From Amaricoccus sp. (lineage in GTDB: Bacteria > Pseudomonadota > Alphaproteobacteria > Rhodobacterales > Rhodobacteraceae): 64,000 bases of DNA. The position numbers were made by a program, and so were the translations under genes. This document shows positions 39,906-50,123 of this stretch, one piece after another. The stretch covers positions 4,617 through 68,616 of the forward strand of contig JBGAJI010000007.1 of assembly GCA_044225035.1 (NCBI GenBank), read 5' to 3'. Numbering within the stretch: the stretch's first letter is position 1; each line of letters begins with the position of its first letter. The notes under the pieces are model-generated. The model did no database searches. It worked only from the letters and a program-made list of their open reading frames with translations, and was not told where the DNA came from.

Positions 39906-41138
39906 ATGACCGACCGAGAAATCGACGCCGAGGCACGGCCCATGCCGGCCTTTCCCGAATTCGTGGCCTTGATGGCGAGCCTGATGGCGCTGACCGCGCT
40001 GTCCGTCGATATCATGCTTCCGGCACTGCCCCGGATCCATTCGGACTTCGCCCTTCCCGGGGTCAACGACCAGCAACTCGTCGTGACGCTCTATGTCCTC
40101 GGCTTCGCCATCGGCCAGCTGTTCCAGGGGCCGCTCTCCGACTGGTTCGGGCGTCGCCCGGTACTGCTCGCCGGGATCGCGGTCTACGCCGCCGCGGCGC
40201 TCGCCTGCCTCTTCGCCCAGAGCTTCGCCGCGCTCCTCGCCGCGCGCTTCATCCAGGGGCTGGCCAACGCCGCGCCGCGCATCCTCGCGGTGGCGGTGAT
40301 CCGCGACATCTATCAGGGCCGGCGCATGGCCGAGGTCATGTCCTTCGTGATGACCGTCTTCATCATCGTGCCGGTGATCGCCCCGTCGATCGGCGGCGCC
40401 TTTCTGCTGTTCGGCCACTGGCACCTGATCTTCGCCTTCCTCAGCGTCTGCGCGCTCGCCATCCTGACCTGGGTCAGCCTGCGCCTGCCCGAAACGCATC
40501 CCGAGTCGGAGCGCGAGCCGATGTCCGCCCGCTGGCTGGCCGGCGCGCTGGCCGAGATCGCCGGCAACCGGATCGCCGTCGGCTACACGCTCGCCGCCGG
40601 GGTCCTGTTCGGCGCGCTGCTGTCCTATGTGAACTCGGCGCAGCAGGTCTTCGTCGAAGTGTTCAAGGTCGGCCCGCTCTTTCCAGTGATCTTCGGCAGC
40701 GTCGCCGGGGCGCTGGCCATCGCCGCCTTCGTCAATGGGCGTTTCGTCATGCGCTTCGGCATGCGGCGCATCTCGCACGCGGCGGTGATCGGTTTCGCCG
40801 CGGCCGGGACGCTGCATCTCGGCTACGACCTTGCCTTCGGTACGCCGCCGCTCGGGCTGTTCCTCGGTTTTCTCGCTTGCTGCCTATTCTGCTTCGGCCT
40901 GATCGCGCCGAACTTCAACGCGCTGGCCATGGAGCCGATGGGGCGGATCGCCGGCACCGCCTCGTCCTTCATCGGCGCGACCACGACTTTCGTTGGCGCG
41001 GTGCTCGGCTGGTTCGTCGGCCAGCATTTCGACGGCACCGCCGGGCCGCTGATCGCGGGCTTCGGCGGTTTCGGCCTCGTCGGCCTCGCCATCGTGATCG
41101 TCACCGAAAAAGGGCAGCTGTTTAGCCCGGGGCGCTGA
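39906..41138 (+). CDS. Bcr/CflA family MFS efflux transporter
   Basis: ALSVDIMLPALP, GPLSDWFGRRPVLL, IRDIYQGRRMA, LPETH; about 12 TM helices. Confidence 0.92.
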   Translation: MTDREIDAEARPMPAFPEFVALMASLMALTALSVDIMLPALPRIHSDFALPGVNDQQLVVTLYVLGFAIGQLFQGPLSDWFGRRPVLLAGIAVYAAAALACLFAQSFAALLAARFIQGLANAAPRILAVAVIRDIYQGRRMAEVMSFVMTVFIIVPVIAPSIGGAFLLFGHWHLIFAFLSVCALAILTWVSLRLPETHPESEREPMSARWLAGALAEIAGNRIAVGYTLAAGVLFGALLSYVNSAQQVFVEVFKVGPLFPVIFGSVAGALAIAAFVNGRFVMRFGMRRISHAAVIGFAAAGTLHLGYDLAFGTPPLGLFLGFLACCLFCFGLIAPNFNALAMEPMGRIAGTASSFIGATTTFVGAVLGWFVGQHFDGTAGPLIAGFGGFGLVGLAIVIVTEKGQLFSPGR

Positions 41139-41143
41139 ACGGC

Positions 41144-42781
41144 TCAATGCATGTCGAGGTGCTTGCCCGGCTCCTCGTGGTGCATCCAGCTCGTCTGCCG
41201 CACGATCATGCGATGCACCCGCGGCGGTTCCTCGCCGCTGTGCAGCGCGCGCAGGCGGTCGCCGATGCCGGCGTCGGCATTGGTGCTGCGCTGGTTGTGC
41301 CGCTGATATTCGACCCAGGTCGGCGTCTGGTAGCTTTCCATCCAGAGCATCGGGTTCGTCATGTCGCGCATCAGGGTCCAGTGCCGGGCACCGTCGCGGC
41401 GGCGCACGCGGTGGCGGTCGGTCATCACGTCGAGAAATTCGGCCTCGTTCTCCGGCCGGATCATATATTCGATCAGGATCGCCACCGGCCCGCTGCGCGG
41501 TTTCAGGTCGAGCGCCACCTCCGGCATGCGCCAGCGGTTCAAGGGATCGAGGTCGAGATCGGCGCGGTCCGGCAGCGGCAGCCGGAGACCGATGACAAGG
41601 CCGATCAGCATCACGCCCGCGGCCAGGAACAGCGCCGTTTCCGCGCCGTGGCTTTCGGCGATCTCGCCCCAGACCCAGGCGCCGACCGCCATCCCACCGA
41701 ACGCCGCCGTCTGATAGAGCGCCAGCGCGCGGCCGACGACCCAGCGCGGTGTCGAAAGCTGGACCGTGGTGTTGAACAGCGACAGCGCCAGCACCCAGCT
41801 CGCCCCGCCGAACAGCAGCGCGAACCCGCTGAGCCAGGAGCTGCGGCTGAGGCCGAGGACGACCGCGCAGCCCGCGAAGCCGAGAAAGGCGCCGCGCACC
41901 ACGCCCTCGCTCGACAGAACCGCGCGCAGACGCCCGGCGGAGAAGGCGCCGCCGATCGCGCCGATGCCGAAGGCGCCGAGCAGCACGCCATAGGTGAGCG
42001 GCCCGCCCGCCACGAGATCGCGCGCGACCAGCGGCAGCAGGGCCTGCGCGGCGATCGACGAGGCGCCGAAGACGAAGGCGCGCAGCATGACCTTGCCGAG
42101 GTTCGGCGACATCGCGACATAGCGCAGGCCGGCGCCCATCGCCATGCCGAGGGTTTCGCGCGGCAGGGCGCGGACGATCTCGCGCGGGCGCCAGCGGAGC
42201 AGCACGAAGATCAGCGCGAAATAGCTGAGGCTGTTGACGGCGAAGGCGGCGGCGGCGCCGGCGCTGGCCACGATGGCACCGCCGACCGCCGGGCCGACGC
42301 TGCGGGTGATGTTGAAGCCGACGCTGTTCAGCACCACCGCCGCCGGCAGGTCGGCGCGCGGCACGATATCGCCGACCGAGGCCTGCCAGGATGGATTGTT
42401 GAGCGCCGTGCCGCAGCCGATGAGAAAGGTGAAGCCGAGCAGCGCCCAGGGCGTGAGCAGCCCGAACCAGGCCGAGAGCGTCAGTCCGACCGACACGGCG
42501 AGCATGAAGCATTGGGCCAGAAGCATCACCCGGCGCCGGTCGAAATTGTCGGCGATCGCCCCGGCGGTCAGCGAGAAGAGCATGATCGGCAGGGTGGTCG
42601 ACGCCTGGACCAACGCCACCATGTCGGCGGAGGAACTGAGCGAGGTCATCAGCCAGCCGGCGCCGACGATCTGGATCAACCCGCCGAAATTCGAGGCGAT
42701 GCTGGCGACCCAGATGTCCCGGAAGGTGCTGTTGCGGAACGGAGCCAGCGGCGACTGCCGTTCGGAATTCAGGCTGTCCAT
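41144..42781 (-). CDS. MFS transporter (MFS_3 type) with C-terminal soluble domain
   Basis: SNFGGLIQIVGAGWLM, ADNFDRRRV, NITRSVGPAVGG, RRRDGARHW. Confidence 0.9.
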   Translation of the reverse strand: MDSLNSERQSPLAPFRNSTFRDIWVASIASNFGGLIQIVGAGWLMTSLSSSADMVALVQASTTLPIMLFSLTAGAIADNFDRRRVMLLAQCFMLAVSVGLTLSAWFGLLTPWALLGFTFLIGCGTALNNPSWQASVGDIVPRADLPAAVVLNSVGFNITRSVGPAVGGAIVASAGAAAAFAVNSLSYFALIFVLLRWRPREIVRALPRETLGMAMGAGLRYVAMSPNLGKVMLRAFVFGASSIAAQALLPLVARDLVAGGPLTYGVLLGAFGIGAIGGAFSAGRLRAVLSSEGVVRGAFLGFAGCAVVLGLSRSSWLSGFALLFGGASWVLALSLFNTTVQLSTPRWVVGRALALYQTAAFGGMAVGAWVWGEIAESHGAETALFLAAGVMLIGLVIGLRLPLPDRADLDLDPLNRWRMPEVALDLKPRSGPVAILIEYMIRPENEAEFLDVMTDRHRVRRRDGARHWTLMRDMTNPMLWMESYQTPTWVEYQRHNQRSTNADAGIGDRLRALHSGEEPPRVHRMIVRQTSWMHHEEPGKHLDMH

Positions 42782-42863
42782 TGGCGACTCGGGGCCCCCC
42801 TCGCGTCCCGATGGATCATGACGACCCGCCCGGTCATTCACAACAATCCGATCCGCGCGCCGG

Positions 42864-43346
42864 TCAGTCGGTCTGGTCCGGATCGAAGGCGCGCATACAG
42901 GCGGCGAGCTCCGGTTCCGCCACCTTGCGCGCCGCGCGCGACGGCGAGAACCACTTGACCCGGCGCTGGCCGCTCTCGGGATACTTTCGCAACATCTCGC
43001 GGACTTCGAGCGGGTAGAGCCGGACGACGCAGGGCAGGCCCTCGCCGTTCTTCAGCCGCTTCAGATAGGTGTAGAAGCCGATGCTCCGCTCCTCGACCAC
43101 GCCGCGCAGGCCGGCTTCCTCATAGGCTTCGCGCGCCGCCGCCTGGGCCTCGGTGCGGTTGCGCATCGGCCAGCCCTTGGGGATCATCCACCGCCCGGTG
43201 TCGCGGCTGGTGATGAGCAGGATACGCAGGCCCTTCGCCGAGCGGCGAAAGCAGAGCGCGCCGACCTGCAGGCTCGGCGGCCGGCCGGCCTTGGCGAGCG
43301 CCGCGGCCTGCCGGCCGCTTGGTTTGAGGTTGCTCTTCTTCGGCAT
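42864..43346 (-). CDS. NUDIX hydrolase
   Basis: LITSRDTGRWMIPKGW...AAAREAYEEAG Nudix box. Confidence 0.92.
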   Translation of the reverse strand: MPKKSNLKPSGRQAAALAKAGRPPSLQVGALCFRRSAKGLRILLITSRDTGRWMIPKGWPMRNRTEAQAAAREAYEEAGLRGVVEERSIGFYTYLKRLKNGEGLPCVVRLYPLEVREMLRKYPESGQRRVKWFSPSRAARKVAEPELAACMRAFDPDQTD

Positions 43347-43420
43347 GGGTGTCCCGCTTAGCCGCTTCCGCCGGCAAGGCCAACCGCCTGTTGGTGCGAA
43401 ACGGCTTTTACCCTTGGCGG

Positions 43421-43446
43421 GGAACGGCCAGCGGGCGCGGCGCGTT
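43421..43446 (+). promoter_or_regulatory. EcfG (general stress sigma) promoter
   Basis: GGAAC-N17-CGTT, 32 bp upstream of the 43479 start. Confidence 0.7.
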
Positions 43447-43478
43447 CACCGGGACACAAGCGAAAAGGGGAGGAAGAC

Positions 43479-43856
43479 ATGCGAAAACTCGCTATCGCCG
43501 CGATCGCGGCCGGATCGGCGTTGCTCGCGGCGGGCGTGGCGGCGGCGCAGAGCGCGCCGCTCGACATGCGCTGCGAGGCGCTGGCGGGCTATGATCTCGC
43601 CACGTCGCCGGGCGTCATCTACTACGTCGCGGGCTATCACGCCGGGACGCTCGGCGGCATGGCCGGCGGCCCTGGGGCCGATGGCGCCGGCGCGGCCTCG
43701 GCGGTCGCGACCCATGGCGGCGATCCGGCGGCGACGCCCCCGGGCGAGGCCGGCGCGGTGCCGGAACTCGCGGTCGAGGCGATCGCCGAAGGGTGCCGCG
43801 CCGCCCCGGATGCGACCGTGGTCGAAATGATCGAAAAGCACGGGGCGGCGAACTGA
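43479..43856 (+). CDS. HdeA/HdeB-like periplasmic chaperone
   Basis: Signal peptide; DMRCEAL...YYVAGY...EGCRAAPDATVVEMI two-Cys pattern, with an Ala/Gly-rich insert. Confidence 0.6.
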   Translation: MRKLAIAAIAAGSALLAAGVAAAQSAPLDMRCEALAGYDLATSPGVIYYVAGYHAGTLGGMAGGPGADGAGAASAVATHGGDPAATPPGEAGAVPELAVEAIAEGCRAAPDATVVEMIEKHGAAN

Positions 43857-43859
43857 GCC

Positions 43860-44705
43860 TCAGGGAAGTTCGGGCGCGAGCAGGAACAGCGCGCTGAGCG
43901 CCGGTCCGGGTTTCGCGCCCGGCAGGTTGGTCTTGAAGATCTCGACCATCCGGCCGGAATGGTAGAGGTCGCTCAGCGCCCGATCGACGGCGAGACGAAA
44001 GGCGTCGTCGCCGTGGGGCAGGGCGAGCGCCTGTTTTTCCACCGTCAGCGTATTGTCGGAGATCGACAGTTTATCGGCCTTGTCGCTGGTCGCGAGCAGG
44101 TGGAACAGGATGGCCTGATCGCCGAAATAGGCGTCGATCTTCCCGGTTTCGAGCGCCTCGATTCCGGCCTCGTGCGACGAGACCGGCACGATCGTCGCTT
44201 GCGTCTTGGTCGCCGCGAGGGTGTTTCGCAGGGCCTCCTCGGTCGTCGTCCCCTCGACGACGCCGACATTCTTCCCCGCCAGCGCCGACAGTTCCGGGCT
44301 CGCACCTTTCGGCAGCAGCACGGCCGCGCCGTCGACGAAGGTCGGGATCGAGAAATCGACCTGCTCGCGCCGCGTCAAGGTGATGGTGGACGGATCGCAG
44401 AGCAGATCGACGCGGCCGTCCGCCACGGCGTCGAAGCGATCCTCCGACGTGACGAGCACGAAGCTCGGCTTCAGCGTGGTGCCGAGCGCGGTGCCAATGC
44501 TCTCCGCGACCGCTTCGCAGACATCGACCGTATAGCCCGCCGCAAGGCCGTCGCCACCGGCGTAGGACAGCGGCGCGGCGTCGGCGCGATAGCCGAGATG
44601 GATTTCGCCGCTCGACTTCAGTCTGTCGAGCGTGCCCTCGGCCGCCGCCGGCAGCGCGAGACAGCAGAGCGACAGCGCGATGGCGAGGCGCGTGGATGCA
44701 GGCAT
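43860..44705 (-). CDS. Amino-acid ABC substrate-binding protein (GltI-like, orphan)
   Basis: GTLDRLK, LGYRADAAPLSY, TITLTRREQVDFS, GTTTE, AYFGD. Confidence 0.88.
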   Translation of the reverse strand: MPASTRLAIALSLCCLALPAAAEGTLDRLKSSGEIHLGYRADAAPLSYAGGDGLAAGYTVDVCEAVAESIGTALGTTLKPSFVLVTSEDRFDAVADGRVDLLCDPSTITLTRREQVDFSIPTFVDGAAVLLPKGASPELSALAGKNVGVVEGTTTEEALRNTLAATKTQATIVPVSSHEAGIEALETGKIDAYFGDQAILFHLLATSDKADKLSISDNTLTVEKQALALPHGDDAFRLAVDRALSDLYHSGRMVEIFKTNLPGAKPGPALSALFLLAPELP

Positions 44706-44848
44706 TGCGGTTCCCCCATGATCGCCGCGTGTCGGCGGCGCATCTTCCGCGCCACGCTAGACGAGGGGGCGGGGAGACGCCATGGGCGCCGAAACGCCGA
44801 TGGCGGTCGGCCTGCCCCGGCCGGCGGCGGCGCGAACACGTGCGACCG

Positions 44849-44873
44849 GGAACCTCGCGGGGGCGGGGGCGTT
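44849..44873 (+). promoter_or_regulatory. EcfG promoter
   Basis: GGAAC-N16-CGTT upstream of lipoprotein 44946. Confidence 0.65.
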
Positions 44874-44945
44874 TCCTCGGGCGCCAAGGTCATCGCCCGA
44901 AATGGCGGTGCTCGCGTGGCAAAAATTACAAGAGGGACTATCGAC

Positions 44946-45449
44946 ATGAAGGCACTCGCCCTTTTGACCGCTTCGGCCATCGCGCTCGCCGCCTGTTCCG
45001 GCGGCGATGAGAAAGCGCCCGCCCGCCAGCCGATTTCCGAGATCACCGTCGATACCGACCTGACGTCGATCAGAAATGCGCAGGCCGTGAACTACTGGTC
45101 GCGCCTGAGCGACGACCTGCAGACCGCGCTCGCGACCCAGTTCGTCGGGGACATCTCGCCCAGCGGCGCGGTGCTGAACGTCGATGTCGACGAATTGTCG
45201 CTGGCCAACGCCTATTCCTCGCAGTTCGGCCAGAATTCGACCCTGAGCGGGCAGGTCACGCTGACCGACCAGCGCGGACAGCGGCTGTCGTCCTACACCG
45301 TGACCGCGACCTCGAACCAGGCGCTGGCCGGGACCACCGGGTCCGGCAACACGATCACCCCGGGCAGCAGCGATTTCTACGCCGGCCTGATCCGAGCCTT
45401 CGCCGCTGGCGTTGACCAGACGATCAACGGCGCCGCGCCGGGCTCGTGA
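44946..45449 (+). CDS. Hypothetical lipoprotein
   Basis: MKALALLTASAIALAAC lipobox; SD GAGGG. Confidence 0.8.
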   Translation: MKALALLTASAIALAACSGGDEKAPARQPISEITVDTDLTSIRNAQAVNYWSRLSDDLQTALATQFVGDISPSGAVLNVDVDELSLANAYSSQFGQNSTLSGQVTLTDQRGQRLSSYTVTATSNQALAGTTGSGNTITPGSSDFYAGLIRAFAAGVDQTINGAAPGS

Positions 45450-45536
45450 TCGCCCATTACACTTAGGTGCCACGGGGCCTTGACCCCGGACGGCAACCTC
45501 CCGATTGTCGCGCCGCGATGAAATCGGGAGGTTGTC

Positions 45537-47567
45537 ATGGCCGTTACTTCGGCGCTCTTCGACGAATGGACGACACCCTTCGGCCTGCCGCCCTTCGCGG
45601 ACATCGAGGTGGGTCAATTCGCGCCCGCTTTCGAAGCGGCGATGGCCGAGGCGCGAAAAAATATCGACGCGATCGCCGAAAATCCCGAGCCGCCGACCTT
45701 CTCGAACACCATTGAGGCGATGGAACGGGCCGAGCATCGGCTGGACCGGGTGGCGGCCGTGTTCTTCAACCTCGCCGGCGCCGATACCAACGATGCGATC
45801 GAGTCGCTGCAGCGGGACCTGAGCCCGAAGCTGTCCTCGCACAGTTCCGCGACGATGATGAACGCGGCCCTGTTTGCCCGCGTGGACGCGCTCTTCACCC
45901 GTCGCGCCGAGCTCGGCTTGACGGCCGAGCAGTTGCGGGTGCTGGAACTCTATCACCAGATGTTCGTTCGCGCCGGCGCGCGGCTGGTCGGTGGCGACCG
46001 CGACCGGCTGACCGAAGTGCTGCGGCGGCTGGCGAGCCTCGGTACCGGGTTCTCGCAGAACGTTCTGGCGGACGAAAAATCCTGGGAAATGCCGCTCGGG
46101 CCGGAAGATCTCGACGGTCTGCCGGACTTCCTGATCGCGGCGATGGCCGAGGCGGCGAAGGAGCGGGGGCATGGCGGCCATGTGGTCACCCTGTCGCGCA
46201 GCCTGATCGTGCCCTTCCTGCAATTCTCCCGCCGCCGCGACCTGCGCGAGAGGGCGTTTCGCGCCTGGGTCGCCCGGGGGGCGAATGGTGGTGCCACGGA
46301 CAATCGCGAGATCGTCGCCGAGACCTTGCGCCTGCGCGAGGAGCGGGCGCGGCTGCTCGGCTATCCGTCCTTCTCGGCCTTCAAGCTTGCCAACGAGATG
46401 GCAAAGACCCCCGAGGCGGTGCGCGACCTGCTGATGGCGGTCTGGACGCCGGCGCGAGCCAGGGCGCTGTCGGATTCGGCGCGGCTGGAAGAGTTGTTGC
46501 GCGCCGACGGCATCAATGGCGCGCTCGAACCCTGGGACTGGCGCTTCTATTCGGCGATCCGCCAGAAGCTGGAGCATGACCTCGACGAGGCCGAGGTGAA
46601 GCCGTATCTCGAGCTCGAACATATGATCGCGGCGGCCTTCGATGTCGCGGGTCGGCTGTTCGGCCTCGAATTCCGGCCGATCGACGCCGCGCTCTACCAT
46701 CCCGACGCCCGGGTCTGGGAGGTGCGCCGCGGCGACCGGCACATGGGCGTGTTCATCGGCGACTATTTCGCCCGCCCATCGAAACGCTCCGGCGCCTGGT
46801 GCTCGAACTTCCGCGCCCAGTCGAAGCTCGACGGCGACACCCGGCCGATCGCGATCAATGTCTGCAACTTCGCCAAGACGCCGGAGGGCGAACCCTGCCT
46901 GCTGACCTTCGACGACGCGCGCACCTTGTTCCACGAATTCGGCCATGCGCTGCATGTGCTGATGTCGGATGTGACCTACGCCTTCATCGCGGGCACCTCG
47001 GTCGCCCGGGATTTCGTGGAGCTGCCGAGCCAGCTCTATGAACATTGGCTGTCGACGCCGGAAGTGCTGGAGGCGCATGCGCTCCACGCCGAGACCGGCG
47101 CTCCGATGCCGCGCGACCTGCTCGACCGGCTGCTGGCGGCGCGCAATTGCGATCAGGGCTTCTCGACCGTCGAATATGTGACCTCGGCGCTGGTCGATCT
47201 CGATTTCCACGCCGGCCCGGCGCCGGCCGACCCGATGGCGGCGCAAGGCGCGACGCTGGCCCGGCTCGACGTGCCCCCGGCGATCGTCATGCGCCACGCG
47301 ACCCCGCATTTCGCCCACGTCTTCTCGGGCGACGGGTATTCGTCCGGCTATTATTCTTACATGTGGTCCGAGGTGATGGACGCCGACGCCTTTTCCGCCT
47401 TCCGCGAGACGGGCGATGTGTTCGATCCGGCGACCGCCCGGCGGCTGGCCGAGAATATCTATGGCGCCGGCGGTTCGCGCGACGAGGCCGAGCTCTATGT
47501 CGCCTTCCGCGGGCGGATGCCGGGGGTCGAGGCCCTGCTGGAACAAAGGGGGCTGACGGCGGCTTGA
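45537..47567 (+). CDS. dcp: M3 family peptidyl-dipeptidase Dcp
   Basis: SKRSGAW, LFHEFGHALH (HEXXH), DFVELPSQLYEHW, GYSSGYYSYMWSEV. Confidence 0.92.
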   Translation: MAVTSALFDEWTTPFGLPPFADIEVGQFAPAFEAAMAEARKNIDAIAENPEPPTFSNTIEAMERAEHRLDRVAAVFFNLAGADTNDAIESLQRDLSPKLSSHSSATMMNAALFARVDALFTRRAELGLTAEQLRVLELYHQMFVRAGARLVGGDRDRLTEVLRRLASLGTGFSQNVLADEKSWEMPLGPEDLDGLPDFLIAAMAEAAKERGHGGHVVTLSRSLIVPFLQFSRRRDLRERAFRAWVARGANGGATDNREIVAETLRLREERARLLGYPSFSAFKLANEMAKTPEAVRDLLMAVWTPARARALSDSARLEELLRADGINGALEPWDWRFYSAIRQKLEHDLDEAEVKPYLELEHMIAAAFDVAGRLFGLEFRPIDAALYHPDARVWEVRRGDRHMGVFIGDYFARPSKRSGAWCSNFRAQSKLDGDTRPIAINVCNFAKTPEGEPCLLTFDDARTLFHEFGHALHVLMSDVTYAFIAGTSVARDFVELPSQLYEHWLSTPEVLEAHALHAETGAPMPRDLLDRLLAARNCDQGFSTVEYVTSALVDLDFHAGPAPADPMAAQGATLARLDVPPAIVMRHATPHFAHVFSGDGYSSGYYSYMWSEVMDADAFSAFRETGDVFDPATARRLAENIYGAGGSRDEAELYVAFRGRMPGVEALLEQRGLTAA

Positions 47568-48129
47568 GGTAAGCGTCAAGAACAACGTGTCTCCGCCGCC
47601 GGTGATTTCGGGCGTCGGACCGCGCGGATGCGCCGGAACGGCGTCCGGGTCGCGGTTCAACTTGCGAGGCGCGCGAATGTCGCGCGTGGGATGGGCGAAT
47701 GGTCCCGCCGGACTATGTCGCACCCTCGGCGGGGGGCCGCGGACGCGGGGTGGCGCGTCGTCGGCCCCGGACAGGCGGAAGATGGCCGATAACCCAGCCG
47801 CCGGAACGATCGGCGTGTTTTCGCCGCCGCAACCGCCAATTGATATTACCCGGCCGGAACTTTGCGACCGAAAACGTCACCGAGGCGAAAAACTCCCCGG
47901 TCGCATACTTCCCGCCTCGTCGGACGTTCCCGCCGATGGCGACAGTGTGAAGAAAATTTTCTATTTCTTTCTAGCGGATCACTTGTCAAAGGCATTTTAG
48001 CGAACTACGATACTTTTCGCATAAGGCTTCGTTGGTGTGACACGTGCTGGTCCAGCGACCGATGCCGAGAAACCAAGTAACCTGTGGAAGGCCGGCGCCT
48101 CTTCAGGTTCCAGAAGCAGGAAGACGTTG

Positions 48130-48546
48130 ATGACGGAAGAGCAAATGATCGGCCGCGGAGAGATCCTCGCCCTGACGACGGAAATCGTGTCCGCCCATGT
48201 GGCGAACAACGCGATCGTCCAGAACGACGTCCCCGAACTGATCCAGTCCGTGTTCGCCAAGCTGTCCGAACTGGCCGGCGGCGAGGAGACCGCCTCGGTC
48301 GAGCTGACCCCGGCGGTGCCGATCAAGAAGTCGGTGACCGACGACTACATCGTCTGTCTCGAGGACGGCAAGAAGCTGAAGATGCTGAAGCGGCATCTGA
48401 TGACGGCCTATGGCATGACGCCCGAGGATTATCGCGCGAAATGGGGCCTCAAGGCGGAATATCCGATGGTGGCCCCCAACTACGCGGCCAAGCGTCAGGA
48501 ACTGGCGAAGAAGATCGGCCTCGGGCGCAAGCCGCGCGCGAAATAA
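48130..48546 (+). CDS. mucR: MucR/Ros transcriptional regulator
   Basis: TEIVSAHVANN, PAVPIKKSV, CLEDGKKLKMLKRHL, YPMVAPNYA; AT-rich upstream region 47945-48025. Confidence 0.95.
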   Translation: MTEEQMIGRGEILALTTEIVSAHVANNAIVQNDVPELIQSVFAKLSELAGGEETASVELTPAVPIKKSVTDDYIVCLEDGKKLKMLKRHLMTAYGMTPEDYRAKWGLKAEYPMVAPNYAAKRQELAKKIGLGRKPRAK

Positions 48547-48576
48547 GGCTCGCTTGCGCCGGAAAGGCGCGGCGGC

Positions 48577-48620
48577 TAGAGGGGGCTCGCGGCCAAGGGG
48601 CCGCGCGCCCCTTCTGTTTT
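48577..48620 (+). terminator. Intrinsic terminator after mucR
   Basis: GGGGGCTCGCGGCC-aagg-GGCCGCGCGCCCC followed by TTCTGTTTT. Confidence 0.6.
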
Positions 48621-48640
48621 GGAGAGCCTTCTCTTTTTTC

Positions 48641-48694
48641 GAGAGACGGTCACGTTTGGAGAGACGGTCATGTCCGGAGAGAGAGTCATGGCCG
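48641..48694 (+). repeat. Three degenerate 18-bp tandem repeats spanning the miaB translation start
   Basis: GAGAGACGGTCACGTTTG / GAGAGACGGTCATGTCCG / GAGAGAGAGTCATGGCCG. Confidence 0.8.
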
Positions 48695-50051
48695 ACCCCG
48701 CCAGCAATCCCGCCGATCCCGATCCGCGCGGCGCGGGGGAGGGCCGGAAGAAGCTCTTCATCAAGACCTACGGCTGTCAGATGAACGTCTATGACAGCGA
48801 GCGGATGGCGGCGGCGCTCGGCGCCAGCGGTTATGACCCGACGGAGGTCGCCGAGGAGGCGGATCTCATCCTGCTAAACACCTGCCACATCCGCGAGAAG
48901 GCGGCGGAGAAGGTCTATTCCGACCTCGGGCGGCTGCGTCCGCTCAAGGCGGCGAAGCCGGATCTGCGCGTCGGCGTCGCCGGTTGCGTCGCCCAGGCCG
49001 AGGGCGCGGAGATCCTCCGCCGGGCGCCGCTGGTCGATCTCGTCGTCGGCCCGCAGGCCTATCACCGGCTGCCGCAGCTCCTCGACCGCCGCAATGCCGG
49101 CGAGCGTCCGGTGGAGACCGACTTCCCCGAGGAGGACAAGTTCGACCACCTGCCGCGGGACCGCGCGCGCGCCGCGCCCCGGCCGCCTTCCTGACCGTGC
49201 AGGAGGGCTGCGACAAGTTCTGCGCCTTCTGCGTCGTGCCCTATACCCGCGGCGCCGAGGTCTCGCGGCCTTCGGGGCGCGTGCTGGCCGAGGCGCGCGA
49301 TCTCGTCTCGCGTGGCGTGGTGGAACTGACGCTGCTCGGCCAGAATGTGAATGCCTATCGCGACGAAGGCGGCGCGACACTGGCCCGTCTCGTGCGGGAA
49401 CTGGCCGGGATCGAGGGGCTGGAGCGGATCCGCTACACGACCTCGCATCCGAACGACATGGGCGATGACCTGATCGCGGCCCATGCCGAGGAGCCGAAGC
49501 TGATGCCCTTTTTGCATCTGCCGGTCCAGTCGGGCAGCGACCGGATCCTGAAGGCGATGAACCGCCGGCACAGCGCGGCGGACTATCTCGCGCTGATCGA
49601 CCGGATCCGCGCCGCCCGGCCGGACATGGCTCTGTCGGGCGATTTCATCGTCGGCTTTCCGGGCGAGACCGAGGCGGATTTCCAGGCGACGCTCGACCTC
49701 ATCGAGGCGGTGGGCTATGCGCAAGCCTATTCCTTCGCCTATTCGCCGCGGCCCGGAACCCCGGCCGCCGGGCGCGAGGATTTGCCGGCCGAGCTGAAGT
49801 CGGAGCGGCTGTTGCGCCTTCAGGCCCTGCTCGCGCGTCAGCAGGCGGCGTTCCAGGCCGGAATGGTCGGGCGCGCCCTGCCGGTCCTGCTCGAGAAGCC
49901 GGGGCGGGAGCCGGGGCAGCTGGTCGGCAAGTCGCCCTATCTCAACGCGGTCCATCTCATCGCTGACCAGCGCGCGATCGGCCGGCTGGTCGAGGCGCGG
50001 ATCGTCGCCGCCGAACGCAATTCGCTGTCGGGCGAGCTTCTGGTCGCGTGA
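48688..50051 (+). CDS. miaB: tRNA methylthiotransferase MiaB (apparent frameshift ~49162-49172)
   Basis: [26 protein letters not shown] in one frame; [30 protein letters not shown] and the TRAM domain in the next. Confidence 0.92.
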
Positions 50052-50123
50052 GCGGCCGCGACAGTCGCGGGTTGCGGCGTAGCGCGACAGCGCGCACTCT
50101 GGGCGCCAACGGGGGGCGGGCGG

